From: Obrimoposthia wandeli
Lineage: Eukaryota
Assembly (NCBI GenBank): GCA_977020255.1
Contig: CDROCS010001688.1
Span: 62,001-126,000 of the forward strand
Length of the DNA: 64,000 bases
Direction: 5' to 3'
This document shows, in pieces, positions 32,030 to 41,870 of this stretch. Under the pieces are notes generated by a model, which did no database searches, was not told where the DNA came from, and worked only from the letters and a program-made list of their open reading frames with translations. How positions within the stretch are numbered: the first letter of the stretch is position 1; each line of letters starts with the position of its first letter. The position numbers were made by a program, and so were the translations under genes.

Positions 32030-34114
32030 GTTTGCTCGGCGAAGCCAGCAAACCCGTCTGCTTGAAAGAAAGCAGAATCACCCAGACTGAGGGGAAGATA
32101 ATCCGAATGGCAAGGGCGTCATTGGCCAACGATGGGGTCTGAAGGAAGACATAGGAAGTTAGAGGTACATAACGCAAGTGAACCCATATGTGGCGGGATT
32201 GGTGGGTAAGTGTCCGCAATAGCACGAAGCCCGATACTCAGACAAACCAATCACGTGAAAGGGATGGGATTCTAACAGGACTGGTGCAGTAAATCGAGGA
32301 AGCCTGGCATCAACTCCAGCATATTGGAAGCATAAGCACAAGAAGTGATTCAAGGCTTATGTTGGTGTGAGGTGGCAGATGAACCCGTAGTAGTGAGTAA
32401 AAGTTCAGCCAGTGAAACCCAGTAATGGTGTGGAGGATAAACTGAATCGACCAGCAGCAACGTGTTTGCTGGAGCTAACATATGCCAAAAGCTATGTGCT
32501 GCGAAGGGGAAGCAATCTTTAATACACTGAAAAGAAGCGAAAACCAAAACAGGTGCACAAGCTGCCGATTAGGCGGGGCATCCTCCCAATGGCAAAGAGT
32601 GAAATCGGCGCGATGGCTAGGAGCTGCACATAGGAGTAGTCATTCCTACTCATTGAGGCAAGAAGGCGGGTTGGGCAGATTGCGAAATGCTAGAACACCC
32701 AACTGCGGTGACGAAACAAACCGAACTGACTTGGAAATAGCGAATGGACAGTGATGTGAGACAGTAACCGTGCGAGTATATTACAGCCTTTATGGACGCA
32801 TGCTATCACTGCAAGCGCTCTGAGGGATTCAGAAAAGTGGAAAACAAAGGCGCTCCCGGCGTAGACGGGCAGTGCGTGGAAGATTTTGCGCAAGCTCTGG
32901 AAAGTAACCTCAAACAGTTACTGCTTGAACTGCAAGAAAAGCGGTATCAACCGCAACCCGTTAAGCGCGTCGAGATCCCAAAAGATGACGGCGGCATACG
33001 TTTATTGGGGATCCCCGCAGTTCGAGATCGAATTGTTCAACAATGTCTATCGAATATCATGACCCCCATCTTCGATCCCGACTTTCATCCATCGTTATGG
33101 TTATCGTCCGGGTAGGAGTTGTCATCAGGCCATCAGTAAAGCCACGATGTTTATACGCCAGTATGGGCGTCGACATGTGGTAGATATGGATCTGTCGAAA
33201 TGCTTTGATATGCTCGATCATGACCTGATCATCCAATCAGTCAAACGACGTATCACAGACGGCAGTATTCTAAGGCTGATAGATAAATTCCTGAAAAGTG
33301 GGTCATGATAGGTGACGGTTGGCAGAAAAGTGAGCTGGGAAGCCCACAAGGTGGCGTGTTCAGTCCACTGCTTGCCAATATTTATCTCGATGCCTTTGAT
33401 CAAGACATGAAGAAGCGAAATCACCGAATAGTGCGCTACGCTGACGATATTCTGATCTTTGTGCTGCACGCAAGCTGCCGCCGAGCATGCGAGAAAAGTC
33501 GCCAGTCATATCTTGAAAAGCCAACTGAAGCTAACAGTGAATGAACGCAAAACTCATATCGCCCACAGTGACGAAGGGGTTAAATTTCTTGGCGTTGTGA
33601 TAGGGACACACTCTACACGGATACAAGAAAAGAAGTTCAACCACTTTAAAGCCAAAGTAAAGCGGCTCACCCGACGAAACAGTGGAAAGAACTTAGCCAT
33701 GGTGCTTAAAGAACTGAATCCTGTTCTGAGAGGAACCGTCAACTACTTTAAGATAGCGAATATAAGCCGAAAGCTAACCCAATTGGCGGGATGGATAAGG
33801 CGTAGACTGAGGCGTTTACAATTAAAGTTGTGGAAGAAGCCGATGAAATGCATCGGAGATTGAAACAGCTTGCTATAAGCCGCCATTCAAGTTTATGACG
33901 ATGGACTCATGGAAAAATGCCGCGAGTCCATTATCCCACTATGCCATGCCGAATCAATGGTTCAAGGAAATTGGCTTATATGCGATAGACGAAGTGAAAA
34001 CAGGGATCTTGCTCCCTGTAAGATAGGGAATAGAAGACTACAGGAGCCGTATACGAGGTCCGTACGTACGGTTCTGTGAGAGGGATGAGGCGGTAACGCC
34101 TCACCCTACTCGAT
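32030..34114 (+). mobile_element. Group II intron, class C (IIC)
   Basis: Domain V gagccgtatacg...cgtacgtacggttc (34044-34074); domain VI ending CCTACTCGAT at 34114; 5' end placed at GTTTG after TTGT, just behind a terminator stem (5' boundary less certain). Confidence 0.88.
32770..34026 (+). pseudogene. ltrA: Group II intron reverse transcriptase/maturase, broken by about six frameshifts
   Basis: Fragments RVYYSLYGR, KGAPGVDG, VEIPKDDGGIRLLGIPAVRDRIVQQ, YGYRPGRS, DLSKCFD, GSPQGGVFSPLLANIYL, RYADD, maturase GWIRRRLR; frame changes near 32821, 33095, 33301, 33460, 33849, 33871; no endonuclease domain. Confidence 0.9.
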
Positions 34115-34182
34115 ATTCTGGGAGTATTAGTTAAGTTAAATCGATCGCTTAGTTTACATATGGCCAGTCGTTTATTTTACGG

Positions 34183-35274
34183 TTAACCTTTGAGTATTAG
34201 CTGGCACTCTGCTGATAACCACTCAAATATTGCATTAAGTTCGTTATCTTCTGTATTCAACAAATTATCACCGACATACCATTCAATGAAACATTGACTT
34301 GGTAGCGCAGCTTGTTGTGGACTTCCTATCCATATTTTCTGTTCTTTAGCTAAGGTGTCTCGTAATGAAATTGCTTTTTCACTGCTAATTGGTAGATATA
34401 AATGCAGCATATTGACGTGTGGTGTCGCTGGATTAACGCATAGGTCTGGGTGTGCATCTAGTAGCTTATAGATCTGCTGGGTACGTTTGTAATAAGACGC
34501 CATTTTTTCTAAACGCTCATCAAACTGCATCGCTGCAGAAACGATATATGGGGTACGGTGATACACATTGCCACCTTGACGCATCATCCAATAACGGGCT
34601 TTCTCGATGTAATCTTTATCCCCGAGTAAAATGGATCCTCCTAATCCGTTTATACCTTTATAGAGGGATACATAAACGCTATCAAACCCTTGTGCAATGT
34701 CTTTATATGACTTTTGATAAAAAGACTGACATTCCCATAAACGTGCACCGTCCATATGAAGGTGTATGTCGTTTTGTTGGCAATGTACTTTAATCGCGTT
34801 TAGGTCATCCCAAGATGGCAATTGGCCACCAATTTCACGCATAGGTAGTTCATATAAAACCGCTGCAATATTATCTGGCCACTGCTGAAGATCGTCGAGT
34901 GTCCATGTTTGGTAAGGATTACCGACTGGAAGAACAGTAAAACGATTTTGTAGTTGGTAGCCTTGTCTTTCATGGAGGTAAATATGACTAGAAGGGTGCA
35001 TCGCAACAATTGAACTATGACGATTCTCACACGCAAGCTGAAGTGCTGTGGGTTGAGTCATGGTGCCGGTAATAACAAATAATGCTGATTCAAACCCTAA
35101 TAAATCCGCTATCTTTGCTTCGAAATCTTGAATGAGCTTACCTTCGCCATAGGTATCGTGGTCGATGTTATTCGCTTTACACCAATCAGCCATTTGTTGA
35201 AATAACGTAGCAGGGGGTATGTTCTCGTGTCCCGGAAAAATGGTGTGGCATTGTGATCGTAAATCCATTGTCAT
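34183..35274 (-). CDS. Low-specificity threonine aldolase family (PLP-dependent)
   Basis: TYGEG, ITGTMTQ, HLHMDGARLWE, SLYKGINGLGG. Confidence 0.88.
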   Translation of the reverse strand: MTMDLRSQCHTIFPGHENIPPATLFQQMADWCKANNIDHDTYGEGKLIQDFEAKIADLLGFESALFVITGTMTQPTALQLACENRHSSIVAMHPSSHIYLHERQGYQLQNRFTVLPVGNPYQTWTLDDLQQWPDNIAAVLYELPMREIGGQLPSWDDLNAIKVHCQQNDIHLHMDGARLWECQSFYQKSYKDIAQGFDSVYVSLYKGINGLGGSILLGDKDYIEKARYWMMRQGGNVYHRTPYIVSAAMQFDERLEKMASYYKRTQQIYKLLDAHPDLCVNPATPHVNMLHLYLPISSEKAISLRDTLAKEQKIWIGSPQQAALPSQCFIEWYVGDNLLNTEDNELNAIFEWLSAECQLILKG

Positions 35275-35384
35275 GATAATTCCTTATATCCAATAATCTG
35301 ATGCTAATTGATCTTGTTAAAAAATGAAACGGTTAATAGGCAGTTATAATTTTCGTGAACCCACACTTGAACAGGAGTACTATA

Positions 35385-35650
35385 TATACCCAAGCTACCT
35401 CAAGATGCAGGATTCAGAGCGATCTCAGCGTGTTTAATTCAAGGGAAATGTATGTAGGAATGGCATTCCCTTTCAAATACATTTGACGCAGAAGTAGATA
35501 CGCTGAATCACTCCCGAAGGGCGAGTTTTGTTGGGCTCTATGCGGTGTTACTTATTTTCAACGTAGAACGACTAGGTCTATAAATAAGCGCCTTGCCTAG
35601 AGCCCAACAAATTCTCGCTGAAACGAGCATCTTGAGGTAACTTGGGTATA
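35385..35650 (-). mobile_element. ERIC-like MITE, 266 bp, copy 2 (inverted relative to copy 1)
   Basis: Reverse complement of 1839-2104 with about 9 substitutions counted by eye; same 24-bp TIRs. Confidence 0.85.
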
Positions 35651-35687
35651 CAGGCCTTATGCTCGGCATTTATACCAAGGATGAATA

Positions 35688-36875
35688 ATGCAAACTGCAT
35701 CAAAAACAAATAACTGGCGAACACCACAAAATTTTTTACTGATTATTTCTATTGTTGTTCCTATCGCATTTGCCAGTTGGATGGCGTTATTGAATAACTT
35801 TGTGATTGAAGAAGCAGCATTTACGGGTGCAGATATTGGTTTATTGCAAAGTGTTAGAGAGATCCCTGGCTTTCTCGCTTTCACTGCCATTTTTATATTG
35901 CTGTTTATTCGAGAGCAAAAATTCATCATTGTTTCCTTGGCTATGCTTGCAATTGGCGTTGCTATTACTGGGTTCTTTCCATCTGTATTTGGTTTACTTT
36001 GTACGACATTATTGATGTCGATTGGTTTTCATTATTTTGAAACACTGAAGCAGTCATTATCTTTACAATGGTTAACGAAAGAAGAAGCACCAGAGGTTTT
36101 AGGTAAATTAATATCTGTTGGTGCGTTAGCATCGTTGTGTACATATGGCGTATTGTGGGTGCTGCTAGAGCAATTTGAATTAGCCTTTAAATGGGTGTAT
36201 TTGGTTGCAGGTACGATTTCATTTGCACTTGTCGCTTTTATTGCCATCGCTTTTCCAGAGTTTAAGAGTGCGACGCCACAGAATAAAAAACTGATCCTTA
36301 GAAAGCGTTATTGGCTTTATTATGCGCTGACATTTATGAGTGGTGCACGCAGGCAAATTTTTGTCGTATTTGCTGGCTTCTTAATGGTTGAGAAATTTCA
36401 CTATTCAGCGGCAGATATCACTTTATTGTTTTTAATTAACTATACGTTTAATTGGTTGTTCGCAAAAAAAATAGGTCGAATAATCGGTAAAGTGGGTGAA
36501 CGAAAAGCTCTGATGTTTGAATATACTGGCTTAATCTTGGTATTTGTTGGTTATGCTGTTGTAGAGCAAGCCGAATGGGCTGCTGCCTTATACGTGGTTG
36601 ATCATCTATTTTTTGCTCTTGCGTTAGCCATTAAAACCTACTTCCAAAAAATTGCAGATCCTGCCGATATGGCGTCGACTGCGGGTGTGGCATTTACCAT
36701 TAATCATATTGCTGCAGTCGTGATTCCTGTTACCTTCGGATTATTATGGCTTACCTCTCCGGCTAGTGTGTTCATAGTAGGTGCATTCATGGCGATTGTT
36801 TCATTAGTACTTTCTTTGAATATTCCGGCTAAACCAGAGGAAGGAAATGAAGTAAGAGTGTTGAACTGGGGCTAA
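35688..36875 (+). CDS. MFS transporter
   Basis: About 12 TM; GLLQSVREIPGFLAF, MSGARRQIF, HIAAVVIP. Confidence 0.88.
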   Translation: MQTASKTNNWRTPQNFLLIISIVVPIAFASWMALLNNFVIEEAAFTGADIGLLQSVREIPGFLAFTAIFILLFIREQKFIIVSLAMLAIGVAITGFFPSVFGLLCTTLLMSIGFHYFETLKQSLSLQWLTKEEAPEVLGKLISVGALASLCTYGVLWVLLEQFELAFKWVYLVAGTISFALVAFIAIAFPEFKSATPQNKKLILRKRYWLYYALTFMSGARRQIFVVFAGFLMVEKFHYSAADITLLFLINYTFNWLFAKKIGRIIGKVGERKALMFEYTGLILVFVGYAVVEQAEWAAALYVVDHLFFALALAIKTYFQKIADPADMASTAGVAFTINHIAAVVIPVTFGLLWLTSPASVFIVGAFMAIVSLVLSLNIPAKPEEGNEVRVLNWG

Positions 36876-37262
36876 TTTGTTCGATGGCACTGCGATGTTG
36901 GTCGAGATGCTCACTGACATGCTTGATGAATAACGCTATTTAGTATGACGCTAAATACGAGGATAGGGAAAAGAGTCGCATAAAATGCGACTTAAAATAG
37001 TAACCAAATCGCTAACTGTCGAAGTTAACGGAAGTTATATCTTGTTAGGGTAACTATTAACAAGGTGTAAAACATACCATGACAAGATCATTTTCACTGC
37101 AATTATTTGTAATATGAATGCATAAATGGGTATTCAGTTCAGTATTTATACGATAATCCTTTACATTGATGAGATTTTATCTGTTTTTACCAAAAGGCCT
37201 CATTTAAATGAGGTTAATTTAATAAAACTGCAAGCTAACATTGCAATTAACGGCATTCAATT

Positions 37263-37277
37263 TGATAATTATTATCA
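37263..37277 (+). promoter_or_regulatory. Fur box
   Basis: Perfect 7-1-7 TGATAAT-T-ATTATCA, 40 nt upstream of the iron ABC operon. Confidence 0.88.
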
Positions 37278-37317
37278 TTAGTATTATCGTTAAATATCTT
37301 TGTTGTTGTAAAATACT

Positions 37318-38475
37318 ATGAAAAACGCGTTTAAGTTACTTTGTCTCTCATCGGCACTATTATCATTTTCGTCAATTGCTGCACAATTTCCTGTCACTGT
37401 TACTGATGTTTCTGGTCGTCAGATTACGATTGAATCACAACCCGAGAATATTGCCTTATCGACAGGTCGTGTTTTTCCATTACTAGAAATCATTTATCAA
37501 CAAGAAGCCGCTGACCATCTTGTTGCTTGGCGCGATGATATGCGTCTTTCTGCACCGAGTATGTACGCCAATTATATTAAAGACTTCCCGCAGCTTAAAG
37601 ACGTTCCTCATATTGGAAAAATTAAATCGGGGGAATTTGATACCGAACGCTTTATTAATATGAAGAACCGACCGGATCTTTTTATTGTCGATATTTCCAA
37701 TATAAAACTAGCAGAAGAAAAGGGGCTTATTGCTAAATTAGATAAGTTAGGCATTAAGGTTATTGCTATTGATTTTCGTGAAGACCCTGTAAAAAATACC
37801 GTGAAATCTGTTACAACGTTGGCTAAAGCATTGGGTAAAGATGAGCAGGGAAAAGCATTTGCAGATTATTACCAACAGCATGTGAAAAGCTTAACGAATG
37901 TAGTCGCGGCATTGCCTGCATCAGAATTTAATAAGCGTGTATTCATCGAGCGTGCGGCGGGCTATGACGGTTCTTGTTGTCAAACATTTGCGACCGGTAA
38001 TATGGGCGCATATATCCCTTATTTAAAAGCAACGAACATTGCAGATAAGCCCCTGAAAGGCGCGATTACAGGGCAGATGTCACCAGAAAGTGTTATCAGT
38101 GCTCAGCCTGATGTATACATCATGCAAACAACGGGTTGGATTGATAAAAAAGGGAATGCAACGAGCGGCGTTCCATTTGGCTACGCCCCTTTGAATCAGG
38201 CTGCAATTAGCAAAGCCACTAGCAAATTGATGGATCGTTCATGGTTAAAGGCCATGAATGCTTACCAGAATAAGAACGTGTATTCGATTTATATGCCTTT
38301 TTATAACTCACCATACAATTTAGTCGCAATGGAATATTTTGCTAAGTGGGTTCATCCGGAACAGTTCAAAGATCTGAATCCAGAAAAAACATTTGAAGAA
38401 ATGAATCTGAAATTTGCTAATCGTAAAGCGACAGGTGTATTTGGTCAAAATAACTTCGAGGCAATGAAGAAGTGA
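37318..38475 (+). CDS. Iron-chelate ABC transporter substrate-binding protein
   Basis: Signal peptide; FPVTVTDVSGRQITIESQPENIAL; ESVISAQPDV; KWVHPEQF. Confidence 0.88.
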   Translation: MKNAFKLLCLSSALLSFSSIAAQFPVTVTDVSGRQITIESQPENIALSTGRVFPLLEIIYQQEAADHLVAWRDDMRLSAPSMYANYIKDFPQLKDVPHIGKIKSGEFDTERFINMKNRPDLFIVDISNIKLAEEKGLIAKLDKLGIKVIAIDFREDPVKNTVKSVTTLAKALGKDEQGKAFADYYQQHVKSLTNVVAALPASEFNKRVFIERAAGYDGSCCQTFATGNMGAYIPYLKATNIADKPLKGAITGQMSPESVISAQPDVYIMQTTGWIDKKGNATSGVPFGYAPLNQAAISKATSKLMDRSWLKAMNAYQNKNVYSIYMPFYNSPYNLVAMEYFAKWVHPEQFKDLNPEKTFEEMNLKFANRKATGVFGQNNFEAMKK

Positions 38476-39518
38476 GTTCAATTGCCCTTGAGCTAACCGC
38501 TCATCGTGCTCGTAATCAGAAAAAGAAGATTGCCTTGGCTGTTTTCTTTATTATGAGCATTATTTGTTTAATCGCAGATATTCTTATTGGATCGCAAGGT
38601 TTAACTCTTGATCAAGTATTGAATGGTATTTTTCATCCGTCGTCGAGTGATATTGCTAGCCGTATCATTATTTGGGATATTCGTATGCCAATGTCTTTGA
38701 TGGCACCTTTAGTTGGCGGGGCTTTAGCATTAGCTGGGGCGCAAATGCAAACCACGCTGAATAATCCACTCGCCGATCCTTATACGTTCGGCGTATCGGC
38801 TGCTGCTGGTTTTGGTGCGTCTTTAGTTATTACAAATGTGATTGCTATTCCATTCATTCCGGTTGAATACCAAGTTGCATTCATGGCATTTATTATGTGC
38901 TTGGTAACGACATTCATGATTGCTGGCGTGTCTTCTATAAAGCGCGTGTCGATAGAAGGTGTAATGCTATTTGGTGTGGCAATCATGTTTGCCTACGACA
39001 GCATGCTAACCATGATGCAATACATCGCGACAGAAACTCAGCTGCAAACATTAGTTTTTTGGCAAATGGGATCATTAGATCGTGGTAGCTGGGAAAAAAT
39101 CACGATTCTCGCTATTCTATTACCCGTTGTTCTTGCCATTATGATGAAAGATTCATGGAAGTTGTCGACGCTTAAAATTGGTCAAGAACGTGCAGAATCA
39201 ATGGGGATAAATGTTAATCGGTTACGTGTTAAAACCTTATTATTAGTCTCTGTTATTACTTCTCTTTCGGTGTCTTTTGTCGGTGCTGTTGGTTTTGTTG
39301 GGTTGGTTGCACCGCATATTGCCCGCATGATATTAGGTGAAGATCAACGCTACTTCTTACCAGCCTCTTTCTTGTTAGGCGCAGTCTTATTAGAGTTGGC
39401 TTCTATTGCAAGTAAATCAATTATGCCGGGTATTATTCTGCCTTTAACCGTTGTGATGTCGATGGTGGGTATACCGTTCTTTATTTTCTTAATTGTGAAA
39501 AAGGGCGGTAAGTTCTAA
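38472..39518 (+). CDS. FecCD/BtuC-family ABC permease
   Basis: IWDIRMP, NNPLADPYTFGVS, GQERAESMGIN, FVGLVAPHIAR. Confidence 0.92.
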   Translation: MSSIALELTAHRARNQKKKIALAVFFIMSIICLIADILIGSQGLTLDQVLNGIFHPSSSDIASRIIIWDIRMPMSLMAPLVGGALALAGAQMQTTLNNPLADPYTFGVSAAAGFGASLVITNVIAIPFIPVEYQVAFMAFIMCLVTTFMIAGVSSIKRVSIEGVMLFGVAIMFAYDSMLTMMQYIATETQLQTLVFWQMGSLDRGSWEKITILAILLPVVLAIMMKDSWKLSTLKIGQERAESMGINVNRLRVKTLLLVSVITSLSVSFVGAVGFVGLVAPHIARMILGEDQRYFLPASFLLGAVLLELASIASKSIMPGIILPLTVVMSMVGIPFFIFLIVKKGGKF

Positions 39519-40264
39519 TGGCGCTTAAAATTAGTAATCTCTCTGTGTCGTTTGGCGGTAACCGTGTATTGAATGACCTAACAATTCCAGAGATTCATGC
39601 TGGTGAAATGGTCTCGTTAATTGGCAAGAATGGGGCAGGGAAGTCGACGGTACTCAAACAAATGACCAAGCTGATCCGGTTTAATCCTCATTTGATCACC
39701 TTGGCTGGCAAACCGTTGGTTCTTGATGAAATTGGTTATCTGCCGCAAGATCACCGTATTACAGCGAGTATCAGTGTGGTCGAATTACTTATTACGACGA
39801 TGCATGTTGGATCAAGTTCATTATTTACCAAAGCCGATAGTGCAGAAAAAGCATTAACCTTATTACACAGTATTGGCATTATTCATTTAGCGAATAAAAT
39901 TTGTACTGAATTGTCAGGTGGTGAAAGTCAGATGGTAGGCTTAGCGCAAGCGGTTATTAATAAACCCAAAGTGTTGATATTAGATGAGCCGACGTCAGCA
40001 CTGGATATGAGTAACCAGCTTAAATTGCTTGAGTATGTAAAAGCGTATACACGCCAGTATTCAGCGTGCGCTTTAATGGTGGTACATGATTTGAATCTCG
40101 CTATTCAGTATTCCGATAAAGTGGCAGCATTGCACGACGGACGACTTTTTGCGTATGGTGAACCAACACACATCATTGATGAACAGTTAATCAAAGACTT
40201 GTTTAATGTGAAGTCTCAAATCATTCAGCTGGATGACTACCCTGTGGTTGTGGTGCGTTCATAG
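39518..40264 (+). CDS. Iron-chelate ABC transporter ATPase
   Basis: GKNGAGKST, LSGGESQ, LDEPTSALD, HDLNLA. Confidence 0.92.
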   Translation: MALKISNLSVSFGGNRVLNDLTIPEIHAGEMVSLIGKNGAGKSTVLKQMTKLIRFNPHLITLAGKPLVLDEIGYLPQDHRITASISVVELLITTMHVGSSSLFTKADSAEKALTLLHSIGIIHLANKICTELSGGESQMVGLAQAVINKPKVLILDEPTSALDMSNQLKLLEYVKAYTRQYSACALMVVHDLNLAIQYSDKVAALHDGRLFAYGEPTHIIDEQLIKDLFNVKSQIIQLDDYPVVVVRS

Positions 40265-40290
40265 TTTTAAGCTAATCACAATGAATCAAT

Positions 40291-40331
40291 AAAGCCCACA
40301 TAACACGTACTACACCGGTTGTGTGGGCTTT
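40291..40331. terminator. Hairpin terminator between convergent genes
   Basis: aaagcccacataac...gttgtgtgggcttt. Confidence 0.7.
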
Positions 40332-40391
40332 CGTTTAATATGCTAAGCCTGTTAGCTTTGAAAGCATTGTGCGAGGAGTTAAAAATATAAT

Positions 40392-40580
40392 TTATTGTGC
40401 TGTGTTAATTAGAACTGAGACTTCCCTGATCTGAATCGACGGCGTCGCTTGTTCACATGTTGGATGACTTAACTTCTCGTTTGTCAGTTCGAGTTGTTCG
40501 GCATTTACCGCTTTTGCCCAACCAAAGCAGACCATACCAGAGATTAGTAGTAAGAAACGTAATCGATTTTCCTGAGACAT
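40392..40580 (-). CDS. Small putative secreted protein (62 aa) or gene remnant
   Basis: RBS GAGGT 5 nt before ATG; hydrophobic core and AVNA cleavage motif. Confidence 0.45.
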   Translation of the reverse strand: MSQENRLRFLLLISGMVCFGWAKAVNAEQLELTNEKLSHPTCEQATPSIQIREVSVLINTAQ

Positions 40581-40865
40581 TGTATACCTCCATATTTTAT
40601 TCGTATGCTTAGCCTGATGTTGTTTGACTTGATGCAGTGTGAAGCATACTGCGACGTCTCGATGTTATTTATGTCAGCGTCATCAAGTGAGTCTGCGCAA
40701 GATTGTTATGTTGTGATATTAATTATTGTGCAAAAGAGGCAACAGGTACTGTCTCATTTAATCAAAAATGATAATTCATCCAATAATTTAATTGATGATT
40801 ACGTGATGAGTGAAATTATGGCTCTCATTACTATGCTGTTTTTTGTATCGCTATTTGCTTTGTGA

Positions 40866-40918
40866 CAAAAAAGGTCTTAGTACCTTCGTAGTGAATACGA
40901 AAGGTATCTAAGACCTTT
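40866..40918 (-). terminator. Long hairpin terminator downstream of the 190-aa KorC-like gene
   Basis: aaaaggtcttag.tacctt.cgta...tacg.aaaggta.ctaagacctttt; T6 on the minus strand. Confidence 0.7.
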
Positions 40919-41003
40919 TGTTTTAAATCTGTATTTAATCGTTCAATTTAAGCGCTATCTATGAAGTACAGTTAGAGATGAATCAATTCATACTCTATGG
41001 CAC

Positions 41004-41576
41004 TTAGCTTTGTCCGATGATCAGCTCTTCATCAAGATCTGTTAAGATCATTTTTTGAATATCTAAGCCAAAATACATCAAAATTAGGCACCAATTTAGA
41101 AAAGGAAGATTGCTCTTTTCTAAGTTGTCTTCAAAGTGGCTTGGGTTCCAGCTGAATGATTCAGCTAAATCAGTAAACGTTAAACCAGTGAATACGCCTT
41201 CGCCGACAACGCGATTAAGCTGTAAACGTGAAGGGGATACAAATTTACTTGCAGGTAAAAAAGCATTGCGATCAAATGCAGATAGTACTTTACGTACATC
41301 GACAGGCAGCGCATTACCGTAATTATTTATGTTAGGTCTGCCTACTAAAGCAACAAGAAAACACCAGCAAGTATATGGAATGTATGAAACCTCATACGGT
41401 TCTTTCTTATAGCCAGCAGTCCAGTCACAAAATCTGCGCTCAGAAATACCAGTAAGTTTAACTAACTTCGCTGAGACATAACCGTGTTCGCGAAGTAATG
41501 CTAAAACCTCTGCTACTTCAGAAACGAAAGGCTTGGTCCAATTGTTGACTGGTGTAAATGTATTTTCTCTAATCAC
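41004..41576 (-). CDS. Hypothetical protein with two tandem KorC-like HTH repeats
   Basis: Repeat 1 RENTFTP..NWTKP..EVAEVL...TGISERRFCDW...IPYTCWCFLVALVG; repeat 2 RNAFLP..FVSP...LPFLNWCLILMYFG; resemblance to IncP KorC judged by eye. Confidence 0.55.
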   Translation of the reverse strand: MIRENTFTPVNNWTKPFVSEVAEVLALLREHGYVSAKLVKLTGISERRFCDWTAGYKKEPYEVSYIPYTCWCFLVALVGRPNINNYGNALPVDVRKVLSAFDRNAFLPASKFVSPSRLQLNRVVGEGVFTGLTFTDLAESFSWNPSHFEDNLEKSNLPFLNWCLILMYFGLDIQKMILTDLDEELIIGQS

Positions 41577-41870
41577 GAGCTAACCTTTTTTGCAAGAATA
41601 AGCTTATTGAAGCTTGTTTTCTCTATTCAATTTCATACACAAATCAGTAATATTCACATGTTTGGTGTACAAATAACGTACTTTATTATGAACCATTTGT
41701 ATGAACGAAATTGGATCATCGGGGGGAATGATACTGATAAGTACCGAGATGTCTATTAAAGCTCATAAAAGTTGATCATTTCATGTCAATTGATATCAGT
41801 ATCTGACCTTTTTACTGCAAAATTGATGACTATTGACTAATTTATAGGGTATTAACTTATTCAAAGGGCA

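Noticed and set aside
31986-32893. Short ORFs at 31986, 32159, 32350, 32482 and 32690
   Set aside because: They lie in ribozyme domains I-III of the group II intron; the slightly higher GC explains the open frames.
36876-37317. Cobalamin riboswitch upstream of the FecCD/BtuC-type ABC operon
   Set aside because: No B12-box-like sequence recognised; a perfect Fur box explains the regulation.
40605-40865. 86-aa plus-strand ORF followed by a long hairpin (possible gene or sRNA)
   Set aside because: No RBS or motif; the hairpin has its best T-tract on the minus strand and is explained as the terminator of 41004-41576.
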